NCBI GenBank assembly: GCA_028826165.1
Contig: JAPDFW010000066.1
Coordinates: forward strand, 62,001 to 126,000
Length of the DNA: 64,000 bases
Direction: 5' to 3'
Source: Anaeramoeba ignava BMAN
Taxonomy: Eukaryota > Protista > Anaeramoebae
In this document: positions 29,690-45,551 of the stretch, one piece after another
How positions within the stretch are numbered: position 1 is the first letter of the stretch
How the letters are laid out: each line of letters begins with the position of its first letter
Notes under the pieces: generated by a model
What the model was told of the DNA's origin: nothing
Seen by the model: the letters and a program-made list of their open reading frames with translations, nothing else
The model's database searches: none
Translations under genes and position numbers: made by a program

Positions 29690-32053
29690 AAGCAAAGAAA
29701 AACTTCCTTCAGGAAATAATTTTATTACAACAAAATTTATTGGAAAAGGAAGTTATGGAAAAGTTTATTTAGGAAAAACTAAAGATACAAATCAAGATTG
29801 TGCAATTAAAGAAATTCATTTATCAAAAAATAAAAAAGAAAGAGAAAAAATGATAAGAGAAATTCAAATTATGGAAAAAATTAAACATGAAAATTGTGTC
29901 GATTTATTTTTTATTGAACCAGAAAATTACCAAAATGTAAAATTAAAATAAAAAAATTTAGAATAAAAAAGTGGAATTAATTTTTTTTCTCCTTTTTTTA
30001 TTTAAAATTAATTAATAAACAATTTTTTTAATTAATTTTCTTTATTAAAAATTAATAATAAAATAAAAGGTGGATTTAATTTATGTTGTTATGGAATATT
30101 GTGATAGTGGAGATTTAAATGAATATCTTAGAACAAAATCAAGTATTTCTCTTGAAGAAGTAAAAGAAATATTTGGACAAATTGGTATTATTTATTTTAC
30201 ATTTTAAAATATAAATCAAAATCAAAATCAAAATCAAAATCAAAATTAAAATATAAATCAAAATCAAAATCAAAATCAAAATCAAATTCAAAATCAAAAT
30301 CATAATCAAATCAAAATCAAATTCAAAATCAAAATTAAAATTAAAATTAAAATTAAAATTAAAATTAAAATCAAAATCAAAATTAAAATCAAAATTAAAT
30401 TTAAAATCAAAATCAAAATTAAATTTAAAATTATAAATAGTTTTTGGATTGAAATTTTTATATGAAAAAGATATTGTTCATAGAGATTTAAAACCTAAAA
30501 ATATTCTTCTTCAATCAAACAATAACTCAAAATTTGGATATACAATTAAATTAGCAGATTTTGGATTTGCAAGAAAAATTCCAAGAAATTTTTTAAGAAA
30601 ATCAATAGAAATGGATTCATTTATTGGAACACGTATATATGCTGCACCAGAAGTTTGGAATATATTTTTAAAAATAATAAAATGATTTTAATTTCAAAAT
30701 CGGAAAAAAAATATTCTTAAATTGAAAAATAGATTTTATCGAATATTCCTTATAAATCAAATGTTGATTTATGGAGTTTAGGTGCAATTTTATATGAAAT
30801 TATTACAGGAAATTCTCCTATTCAAGCTAATGGTCTTGATGACTCAAACAGACAAATAAAAGATTTACCAGGAAAAAAATCACTTCCAGATTCATATTTA
30901 GTAAAATTAAAAATCAAAATTAAAAATAAAATCAAAATTAAAAATTAAAAATCAAAATTAAAATAAAAAGCGAATTGTTCCAAAAGAATGTCATGATTTA
31001 GTTGAAAGATTATTAACTGTTGATCCAAATTTAAGAATTACAAGAGAAGAATTATATAAACATCCTTTTATTTTTGGAAAATTAGTAAATTATTTCAAAT
31101 TCCAAAAAATATTTCAAAAAAAGAATTTATATTCCAAAAAAAAAATATTTTAAATTGATAAATAGAATGAATTAAAGGAAAAATCAATAGATATATCAGA
31201 TTTAGAAAAGAAAATAATTGGAATTGCAAAAGAAGATTTTGAAAGCAAAGAAAATGGAAAACTTTCATTTAAAAAAGGAGAAATAATTGAAATTATTGAA
31301 ATTTATAAAGATAAAGGAATTTGTGAAGGAAAACTGAAAGAAAAAGAAGGAATTATTGAATTAAACAGAATTGATTTATATGAAGAAATTGAAGATATTT
31401 TTTCAATAAATGAATCAAATGAATTAAATAATGATAATGATAATCAATTAATTAATTTTGAAAAAAGAATTATTGGAATTACTTCAAATGAATATAAATC
31501 AAATGAAATTTCATTATCAAGAGGAGATTTAGTTGAAATTAATAATATAAATAAAGAAAATGATTCTTGTAAAATTCAATTTGGAAATCAAAAAGATGAA
31601 ATTCCTTTTTTCTTTTTTGGTTTTTATGAACGTCACGAAGAATATATTTCAATTCCAAATCAACAAAATTTAAATCAACAAAATTTAAATCAGGATTTAT
31701 ATCAAGATTTATATCAACAAAATTTATATCAAAATTTATATCAACAAAATTTAAATCAAAATTTATATCAACAAAATTCAAATCAAGATTTATATCAACA
31801 AAATTCAAATCAAGATTTATATCAAGAAAATTCAAATCAAGATTTATATCAACAAGATTTATATCAACAAGATTTATATCAACAAGATTTATATCAAGAA
31901 AATTCAAATCAAGATTTATATCAACAAGATTTATATCAGCAAAATTCAAATCAACAAGATTTATATCAACAAGATTCAAATCAAGAAGATGAAATGTCTT
32001 TTTCATTCATAAATTATGAATCATCTCAAAATATGGAAATGGATGAATTTTAA
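29690..32053 (+). CDS. ULK/Atg1-like kinase + 2 SH3-like domains + Q/N/Y repeat tail, copy 10 (start codon not intact)
   Basis: The expected atgcaaaga reads ataagcaaaga at ~29688. The rest has GKGSYG, HRD, DFG and APE. The last exon is open to TAA at 32051-32053. Confidence 0.75.
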
Positions 32054-32270
32054 AATTAATCAAAAAAATTGGATTAAATTGATCTCATATTCATTTTGCC
32101 AAAAATAAATGAAATATGTGAAAATGTTCATTGAAAAAAAGAATGAAGAAAAAAATTTTACAATTATTTTCAATACAAGTTTTTATTATATTTTTAAAAG
32201 ATCAAAAAGTAGAAGAAGAAATTTTTCATTTTTCATTTTTTTTTTCATTTTTATTTTAAATTAAAATAAA

Positions 32271-34323
32271 ATGGAAAAAAAGATAATTTTTGAAGGAAAT
32301 AATTTTATTACAACAAAATTAATTGGAGAAGGAGGTTTTGGAAAAGTTTATTTAGGAAAAACTAAAGATACAAATCAAATTTGTGCAATTAAAGAAATTG
32401 ATTTAAATAAAAATAAAGAAAGAAGAGAAAAAATGATAAGAGAACTTCAAATAATGAAAAAAATTAAACATAAAAATTGTATTGAATTGTTTTTTATTGA
32501 ACCAAAAGATTATCAAAATGTAAATTTAATTTGAAAAAGTGGAATCAAATTTAATTAATTTTCTTTATTAAAAATTAATAATAAAATAAAAGGTTGATTT
32601 AATTTATGTTGTTATGGAATATTGTGATTTGGGAGATTTAAATGGATATCTTAGAACAAAATCAAGTATTTCTCTTGAAGAAGTAAAAGAAATATTTGGA
32701 CAAATTGGTATTATTTATTTTACATTTTGAAATATAAATCAAAATCAAATTCAAAATCAAAATCAAAATCAAAATCAAAATCAAAATCAAAATCAAAATC
32801 AAAATCAAAATCAAAATCAAAATCAAAATCAAAATCAAAATCAAATTCAAATTCAAATTCAAATTCAAAATCAAAATCAAATTCAAAATCAAAATCAAAA
32901 TCAAAATAAAAATCAAAATCAAAATCAAAAACCAAAATCAAAATCAAAATCAAAATCAAAATCAAAATCAAAATCAAAATCAAAATCAAAATTAAAATTA
33001 AAATCAAAATTAAAATTAAAATTAAAAATTAAAATTAAAATCAAAAATCAAAATCAAAATTAAAATCAAAATCAAAATCAAAATCAAAATCAAAATTAAA
33101 ATCAAAATCAAAATCAAAATCAAAATCAAAAATAAATTCAAAAATATAAATAGTTTTGGGATTGAAATATTTATCTCAAAAAAGGATTGTCCATCGTGAT
33201 TTAAAACCTAAAAATATTCTTCTTCAATCAAATAATAATTCAAAATTTGGATATACAATTAAATTAGCAGATTTTGGATTTGCAAGAAAAATTCCAAAAG
33301 ATGATTTAGAAAAATCATTAGAAATGGAAATACAAATTGGAACACCTTTATATGTTGCGCCAGAAGTTTGGAATATTTTTTTTTAAAAAAGTGGAATCAA
33401 ATTTTTTTATTGAAATTATTAAATTGAAAAATAGATTTTTGTAAATCAATCTTATTCCTTAAAGGTTGATTTATGGAGTTTAGGTGCAATTTTATATGAA
33501 CTAATTACAGGAAATCCTCTTATTCAATATCTCAGTATCAAGCAAATAATGTTTGAATTTCAAAATTCAACAAACAAATCACTTCCAGATTCATATTTAG
33601 TAAAGAAAATGAAAAATTAAAATCAAAATTAAAATCAAAATTAAAATCAAAATCAAAATTAAAATCAAAATCAAAATCAAAATCAAAATCAAAATCAAAA
33701 TCAAAATCAAATTCAAAATCAAAATCAAAATCAAAATCAAAATCAAAAATCAAAATCAAAATCAAAATCAAAATTAAAATCAAAATTAAAATAAAAATCA
33801 AAAAAAGTTCCAAAATCAAAAATCAAAATCAAAATCAAAATCAAAATTAAAATCAAAATCAAAATTAAAATCAAAATCAAAATCAAAAAATTCAAAATTA
33901 AAATAAAAAGGAAAAAGTTCCAAAAGAATGTCATGATTTAGTTGAGAGATTATTAACTGTTGATCCAAATTTAAGAATTACAAGAGAAGAATTATATAAA
34001 CATCCTTTTATTTCTGAAAAATTAGTAAATTATTTCAAATTCCAAAAAAAGAATTTATATTCCAAAAAAAAATATTTTAAATTGATAAATAGAATGAATT
34101 AATTGGAGATTCAAATACAAAAGGAATTGATCAAAATTCAAAGAAATTAATTGGAATTGCTAAAATTGATTCACAAAGTGATGAAAATGATGATAATTTC
34201 CTTTCTTTTTCAAAAGGAGATGAAGTTGAAATTATTGAAATTGATGGAAAAATGGGAATTGGAAAATTAAATGGAAAAAAAGGAGAAATTTTTATTAATG
34301 ATTTTGATATAAAAGAAAATTAA
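32271..34323 (+). CDS. ULK/Atg1-like kinase + single SH3-like domain, copy 11
   Basis: Kinase motifs are intact. The last exon, 34093-34323, contains only the C-terminal SH3-like domain. Confidence 0.88.
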
Positions 34324-34512
34324 AATTTCAATTTAAAAATTAAAATCAAAATCAAAAGAAGAAAGAAGAAAAAAATATTTTTTAAACAATTCCATTTTTT
34401 TTTTAAATTTAAAAACAAAAAAAAAGCAAAAAAATTAAAATAAAAAAAGGAAAAATAATTTTTTTTCATTTTTTCATTTTTTTAAAAACAAAAACAAAAA
34501 CAAAAACAAAAA

Positions 34513-37614
<3,102 letters not shown>

Positions 37615-37799
37615 AATTTCAATTTAAAATTTAAAATCAAATTCAAAATCAAAATCAAAAGAAAGAAAGAAAGAAATATTTTTTAAACAATTCCACTTTT
37701 TTTTTTTCTTTTAAAAACAAAAAAAAAGCAAAAAAATTAAAATAAAAAAAGGAAAAATAATTTTTTTTCATTTTTTCATTTTTAATTTAAAAAAACAAA

Positions 37800-40669
37800 A
37801 TGGAAAAAAAGATAATTTTTGAAGGAAATAATTTTATTGCAACAAAATTTATTGGAGAAGGTTCTTATGGGCAAGTTTATTTAGGAGAAACTAAAGATAC
37901 AAATCAAGGTTGTGCAATTAAAGAAATTGATTTTGGACAAGGAGAAATAGAAAAAGAAAAAATGATAAGAGAACTTGAAATAATGGAAAAAGTTAAACAT
38001 GAAAATTGTGTTCAATTATTTTTTACTGAACCAAAAGATTATCAAAATGTAAATTTAATTAAAAAAAAGCAAAAAATTAATTAATTAAAAAATGGAATAA
38101 AAATATTAAATATTAAATAAAATAAAAAGGCTGATTCAGTTTATGTTATTATGGAATATTGTGATAGTGGAGATTTAAATGAATATCTTAAATCAAAAAA
38201 AGATAAAAATGAAAAACTTTCTATTGAAGAAGTTAAAGAAATATTTGGACAAATTGGTATTATTTATTTTCCATTTTCAAATTAAAATCAAAATCAAAAT
38301 CAAAATTAAAATCAAAATCAAAATCAAAATCAAAATCAAAATCAAATTGAAAATCAAAATCAAAATTAAAATCAAAATCAAAATCAAAATCAAAATCAAA
38401 ATCAAATTGAAAATCAAAATCAAAATTAAAATCAAAATCAAAATCAAAATCAAAATCAAAATCAAAATCAAAATCAAAATTAAAATTAAAATCAAAATAA
38501 AAATCAAAATTCAAAATCAAAATCAAATTCAAATTCAAAATCAAAATCAAAATCAAAATCAAATTCAAAATCAAAATCAAAATCAAAATCAAAATCAAAA
38601 TCAAAATCAAATTCAAAATCAAAATCAAAATCAAAATTAAAATCAAAATCAAAATTAAAATCAAAATCAAAATTAAAATCAAAATCAAATTGAAAATCAA
38701 AATCAAAATTAAAATCAAAATCAAATTCAAATTCAAAATCAAAATTTAAATCAAAATCAAAATTAAAATTAAAATTAAAATCAAAATCAAAATCAAATTA
38801 AAATTAAAATCAAAATCAAAATCAAAATCAAAATCAAAATTAAAATTAATAAATTCAAAATATAAATAGTTTTTGGATTGAAATATTTATATGAAAAAGG
38901 GATTGTTCATCGTGATTTAAAACCTGAAAATATTCTTCTTCAATCAAATAATAATTCAAAATTTGGATATACAATTAAATTAGCAGATTTTGGATTTGCA
39001 AGAAAAATTCCAAAAGATGATTTAGAAAAATCAACATGGATGAAGTCATTTATTGGAACACCTTTATATGTGGGACCAGAAGTTTGGAATATATATTTTT
39101 TAAAATAATAAAATCAAATTATTTTAATGAATTTTAATTTTGAAATTGGAAAAAATATTTTTTATTCAAATTGGAAAAAATAGATTTTATTTAATATTCC
39201 TTATAAATCAAATGTTGATTTATGGAGTTTAGGTGCAATTTTATATGAACTTATTACAGGATCACCTCCTTTTCAAGCTAAAGATATTGATGATTTAGAA
39301 CGACAATATAACAATACAATCAAAAAATCACTTCCAGATTCATATTTAGTAAATTACATCCAAAAAACAATTAAAATTCAAAATTCAAAATTCAAAATCA
39401 AATTCAAATTCAAATTCAAATTCAAAATCAAAATCAAAATCAAAATCAAAATCAAAATCAAAATTAAAATCAAAATTAAAATCAAAATCAAATTCAAATT
39501 CAAATTCAAAATCAAATTCAAAATCAAAATCAAATTCAAATTCAAAATCAAAATCAAAATTAAAATCAAAATTAAAATCAAAATTAAAATCAAAATCAAA
39601 TTCAAAATCAAAATCAAAATCAAATTCAAAATCAAAATCAAAATCAAATTCAAAATCAAAATCAAAATTAAAATCAAAATCAAAATCAAATTCAAAATCA
39701 AAATCAAAATCAAATTCAAATCAAAATTAAAATTAAAATCAAAATCAAAATCAAAATTAAAATCAAAATCAAAAATCAAATAAAATTAAAATCAAAATCA
39801 AAATCAAAATCAAAATCAAAATTAGATTCAAATTCAAAATTAAAATCAAAATTAAAATTAAAATCAAAATCAAAATTCAAAATCAAATCCAAATTCAAAT
39901 TCAAATTCAAAATCAAATTCAAAATTCAAAATTCAAATTAAAATCAAAATTAAAATTAAAATCAAAATTAAAATCAAAATCAAAATTAAATCAAAATCAA
40001 AATCAAAAATTAAAATAAAAAGGAAAAAGTTCCAAAAGAATGCAATGATTTAATTGAAAAATTATTAACTGTTGATCCAAATTTAAGAATTAAAAGAGAA
40101 GAATTATATAAACATCCTTTTATTTCTGAAAAATTAGTAAATTATTTCAAATTTCAAAAAAAGAATTTATATTCCAAAAAAAAATATTTTAAATTAATAA
40201 ATAGAATGAATTAAAGGAAAAATCAAATAGAATTGTAAAAACAGAAAAGAAAATAATTGGAGTTGCAAAAGAAGATTTTGAAAGCAAAGAAAATGGAAAA
40301 TTTTCATTTAAAAAAGGAGAAATAATTGAAATTATTGAAATTTATAAAGATAAAGAAATTTGTGAAGGAAAATTAAAAGAAAAAGAAGGAATTATTGAAT
40401 TAAAAAGAATTGATTTATATGAAGAAATTGAAGATATTTATTCAATAAATGAATCAAATAATAATAATGATAATCAATTAATTAATTTTGAAAAAAGAAC
40501 TATTGGAATTGTTAAATTTGAATATAAAACAAATGAAATTTCATTATCAAAAGAAGATTTAGTTGAAATTATTAATATAAATGAAGATAATAATTATTGT
40601 ATAATTCAATTTGGAAATCAAAAATATGAAATTCCTTTTTTCTTTTTTGATTTTTATAAAAAAATTTAA
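37800..40669 (+). CDS. ULK/Atg1-like kinase + 2 SH3-like domains, copy 13 (end of array)
   Basis: Motifs [20 protein letters not shown] and GTPLYVGPE. The stop at 40667-40669 follows directly after the second SH3-like domain. Confidence 0.88.
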
Positions 40670-40854
40670 TTTTAAAAAAAAAGAAGAAGATAAAATTAAT
40701 AAAATTAATTGAGAGAAATAAGAATTTAATATTTAAATGGAAAAAAGAAAAAATAATAAGAAATTAATTATAATTTTAATTTAAAAAAGAGAATATTTTT
40801 TTTATTAAAAATTTTTTCCGAAATTTAATTAAAAAAAAAAATAATTCAAAAATT

Positions 40855-40901
40855 TTTTTTCATTTTTTTTTTTCATTTTTCCATTTTTTTTTTCTTTTAA
40901 A
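40855..40901 (+). promoter_or_regulatory. Initiator-like T-rich TCA-T motifs upstream of the ATG (example of a window-wide pattern)
   Basis: TTTTCATTTT(T) repeats lie ~10-90 nt before nearly every start codon, e.g. ~5151, 11575, 15768, 18701, 21395-21445, 32222, 37765, 45511, 53500, 60304, 61494 and 63587; on the minus strand ~50863, 52841 and 56808. Confidence 0.6.
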
Positions 40902-43900
40902 ATGACATTATTTCAATCAAATTTTTTTTATATTTCAGAAAATATTTCAACAAATCCAAAAAAACTTTTTAATATTTTAATTCAAAATGGAGGAAAAGTA
41001 TTAGAAGATTTTAATGAAAATGCATTTATAATTTCAGAAATTGATCCAAATGTTTATTAATAAAAAATAAAAAAGAAAAAAGAAAAAAATTTTAATTTAA
41101 AATTTAAAATTTAAAAACAAAAGAAATTTAATCAATATCCTTCAAATCTTATTACACCTAATTTTATTTATGAATCTATTTCTCTCAGTAAAAAAATTAT
41201 GAAATTAAATCATCCATTTCATTCTTATTGTTTAAATGGAGAAAATATATATTTTAACAATTTATCGACTAATAAACATGTAAATAATTAAATTATAAAT
41301 AAAATTATAAATTAAATTATAAATAAAATTATAAATAAAATTATAAATAAAATTATAAATAAAATTATAAATTAAATTATAAATTAAATTATAAATTAAA
41401 TTATAAATAAAATTATAAATTAAATTATAAATAAATATAAATAAAATTATAAATTAAATTATAAATTAAATTAAATTATAAATAAAATTATAAATAAAAT
41501 TATAAATAAAAAAAAATTATAAATTAAATTATAAATTAAATTATAAATATAAATTAAATTATAAATAAAATTATAAATTAAAATTATAAATTAAATTATA
41601 AATAAAATTATAAATAAAATTATAAATTAAAATTATAAATAAATTATAAATTAAATTATAAATTAAATTATAAATTAAATTATAAATAAAATTATAAATA
41701 AAATTATAAATAAATTAAAATTATAAATTAAATTATAAATTAAATTATAAATTAAATTAAATTATAAATTAAATTATAAATTAAATTATAAATTAATAAA
41801 ATTATAAATTAAATTATAAATTAAATTATAAATTAAATTAAATAAATAAATAAAATTATAAATAAAATTATAAATAAAATTATAAATTAAATTATAAATT
41901 AAATTATAAAAATTAAATTATAAATAAAAAATTATAAATTAAATTAAATAAAATAAAAATATAAATTATAAATTAAATTATAAATAAAAATTATAAATAA
42001 AATTATAAATTAAATTATAAATTTAAAGAAAAAAATTCTGTTTCAAATTCTTTGTATGAATGGTCAATATTCTACAGAAATTACTCCACAAGTTACACAT
42101 ATAATTATTGATATAAGTGAAGAAAATAGACAAATCATTAATGATCCAAGAGTTATTGATATTGAATGGATTGAACAATGTTGGAATAATCATAGAAACA
42201 TTAAATCAATTATTTTCCCACAATTTTCAAAATGTTGCATTTCAACAACTGGATTTTCTGAAGAAGAAACAAAAAATATTGAAAATTTGATTAATAAATT
42301 TTCAGGAGAAATACATTCTGCTTTTATAAAAAAAACCACACATCTTATAACAAAAATATCCTTTATAAAACAATTTATAAATTTATAATTATATTTATAT
42401 TTATATTTATATTTATATTTATATTTATATTTATATTTATATTTATATTTATATTTATATTTATATTTATATTTATATTTATATTTATATTTATATTTAT
42501 ATTTATATTTATATTTATATTTATATTTAAATTTATATTTATATTTATATTTATATTTATATTTATATTTATATTTATATTTATATTTATATTTATATTT
42601 ATATTTATATTTATATTTATATTTATATTTATATTTATATTTATATTTATATTTAATTTCATTTTTCCTTGACTGTTAATAATTTTTTTTATTAATATTA
42701 TTGATAATAATACATATTTAAAGGTTCAAAATACGAATCAGCAATTAGACAGAAAAAAACTATTGTTACAATTGATTGGTTGAAAAAAATGATTTTATTA
42801 ACAGGTAATTTAAATATTTATATATATTTATATAGTTATATTTATATTTAAATTTTTAGAAAGAAATCAATTTTTCCGAAATTGTATATTTTATTTTGAT
42901 CCTAATTCTATTAAAAGTTCAATCATTTCAATTCTTAAAGAAAATGTTTTGAAATTTGGTGGAATATATTTAGATAATTTTAATAATCAAGTTACTCATT
43001 TAATTATTCAAAGAACTGATGGAGAATATTATTATCAACCTGAATGGAGTGAAAATTCTAAAATTATTGATATTGAATGGATAAATGAATGTCTCAGAAA
43101 AAAAAAACTTGTAAATATATCAAATTTCTCCATTTTTCCAACAAATTTAACAGAAGAATCAAGTTTTAGATCAAGTTTAACAGCAAATCAAAATGTATTA
43201 AGTAATGCAATTTCAAGTGATTCAAAAATTTCACAAAATTCAAGAACAAATTCAATTGCTATTGATGATATTTATAAAAGAAAATCAAAATCATTTAATA
43301 AAAAGAAAAGAGATTCAAATATTGATATTGAATTTGGAAATCAAAATCAAAATCAAGATCAAGATCAACAAATAAAAAGACAAAAACAAAGAAAACAACA
43401 AAAAAATACAGAAAAAGAAATTATTCCAAAATCAATTCCAATTAATAATCTTAAAAATCCTGAAATTTCAATTAGTCTAAATAGAAACATAGAAAATATT
43501 TCAATAGAAAATGAAAAAGAAATTTCAAAATTAAATTTATCAGCAAATTATCAACAAAATACTTTAGAATATATTGAAAAACAAAATGAAATATCAGGAC
43601 TTAATTACGAACCTTATGAAGCAAATAATTTATTTCAAGGAATCTCTTTTGTGTTTGTTCAAGTAACAAAAAAAGATGAAGAAGATTGTGCTAAACTTAT
43701 TAAAGAACATGGAGGAAAAATAGAAGATAAAATCACAAATGAAACCAAATACATTTTAGTATCACATGGAGCAAGTATATTGATAAGTGAAAATTTTAGA
43801 GAAACATATGAAGAAATATTAGTTTCTAAAAATTGGTTAGAAAGATGTTGTTTTAAAACATTGATTTATAATCCAAGAGAATATTGTATTTTCAAACCTT

Positions 43901-45465
43901 TAAAAAAAGCTATTCCATTTGAATTTATGAAACAATTCCGAATATCTTTATCAGGATTTAAAAAACAAATGAAAATTAAAAATAAATACATTATCAAACA
44001 ACTTGGAGCAAAATTTACAGGAACATTATCAAGAAAAAATACACATTTGATTTGCAGAGAAGCTAAAGGGAATAAATACAAAAAAGCAATTTTATGGGGA
44101 ATCAAAATTGTAAATGAAAATTGGCTTTGTTATATTGCAGAAAGTGGAGAATATTTAAATGAAAATGATTTTTTATTTTTTAATCAAGAAGAAAAAAATA
44201 CAAATTTAAATACAAATACAAATACAAATACAAATTCAAATCAAAAAACTGAAATTGATCTTTTTGAATTAGATTCAACTCCTCAAAAAAATTCGAAATT
44301 TCAAACATTAGAATATTCTAAACCAAGAAATTCAATAAAATCAATAAATAGTGATTTTAGTTCACCTTTATATCGCAAAAAAATAACAGATAGTAATTAT
44401 TCAGAAAGTAATTCTGATATAAGTTATAGTTTAGATACAGATGCATATAATTATGAAGTTGATGAGTTTTTAGATGATGATACTCAAGAACAATTTATAT
44501 TTTATATTCTTTCAAAAACCAAAAATAAACTCAGATTAAAAGAAATTGTTTCTTCAACATTGAATTCAGCATGTTGTGAAAGATTAATATCAGATGTTAC
44601 TCATGTAATTTATTCAAAAGAAGATGAAGAAAGTGAAGAATATAAAGAAGCATTATCTTTGAAAAAGATTCTTGTTAAAGATGAAGATGTTTATGGATTT
44701 TTTGATGATCCAATTAAACTTACAAATTTTTTAAAATCAAATCGAAAAAATTCAAATGAAAAAACATCAAGTTATAAAAAATCACCAATATTAGTTAATT
44801 CAACAAATTTTGGAGGTTTAAAACAATTACAAACTCCAGAAAAATTTAAGCATGAATTATCAAATGAAAATACACCATTATCAATTAAGAAAATAACAAA
44901 TTCAAAAAATACAAATTTAAAAAATACAAATTCAAAAAATCCAAATTCAAAAAATCCAAATTCAAAAAATCCAAATTCATTTCAAACTATAATTTCACCT
45001 TGTAAAATTGTTTCACCAACAACAACATCTCCAAAAAATAATTTGGAAATTATTGATGTTTTATTTTCTAAACAAAAAAGTCCATCTCATAAAGTTAAAG
45101 AAAAATATTTAGAAAATTTAGAAAATTCAAAACAAAATCAATTTAGAAGATCAGATTTAAATATTTTTTCACAATTTTATGATAATTCACAAGTTGAAAA
45201 AAATGATTTAAAAAAAACAGAATCAAAAGAAAAAAATGAAAATGAAAATGAAAATGAAAATGAAAATGAAAATGAAAATGATAATGAAAATGATGATGAT
45301 GAACCAAATCCAATTGTTATTTGGGAAAATAGTAATCAAGAAAATGGAAAAAATATTCAAACTTTTTCTTCAAATGATAGTGATGTTGATTTATTTAAAA
45401 TTAATGGAAGTGGATCAAAAACATTTATAGAAGCATATCATAAAATGAAAAATAAAAGATTTTAA
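40902..45465 (+). CDS. TOPBP1: TopBP1/Dpb11/Cut5-like multi-BRCT protein (1109 aa, 5 exons)
   Basis: Exons 40902-41051, 41124-41279, 42029-42355, 42714-42804 and 42860-45465 join in frame (3330 nt). Several BRCT motifs (GG..VTHLI..W) are present, including ISLSGF..LGAKFTGTLSRKNTHLIC..GNKYKKA..WGI.IV..NWL, typical of TopBP1 BRCT5. Confidence 0.85.
42356..42713 (+). other. U12-type (minor spliceosome) AT-AC intron
   Basis: 5' site ATATCCTTT at 42356, branch site TTTTTCCTTGAC at 42662-42673 and 3' end TAC at 42711-42713. Removal restores the BRCT motif THLITK|IFKGSKYESA..IVTIDWL in frame. Confidence 0.9.
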
Positions 45466-45551
45466 AAAAAAAAGAAAATAAAATTATTAAATAAAATTAT
45501 AAATAAAAATTTTTCATTTTTTTCATTTTATTTTTTTCATTTTATTTTTTT

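Noticed and set aside
41135-41142. Second ATATCCTT (U12-like donor) in the TopBP1-like gene
   Set aside because: It lies inside exon 2, which is open and aligns with TopBP1 BRCT0-1 sequence. No U12 branch site follows, and the next intron is a normal GT-AG.
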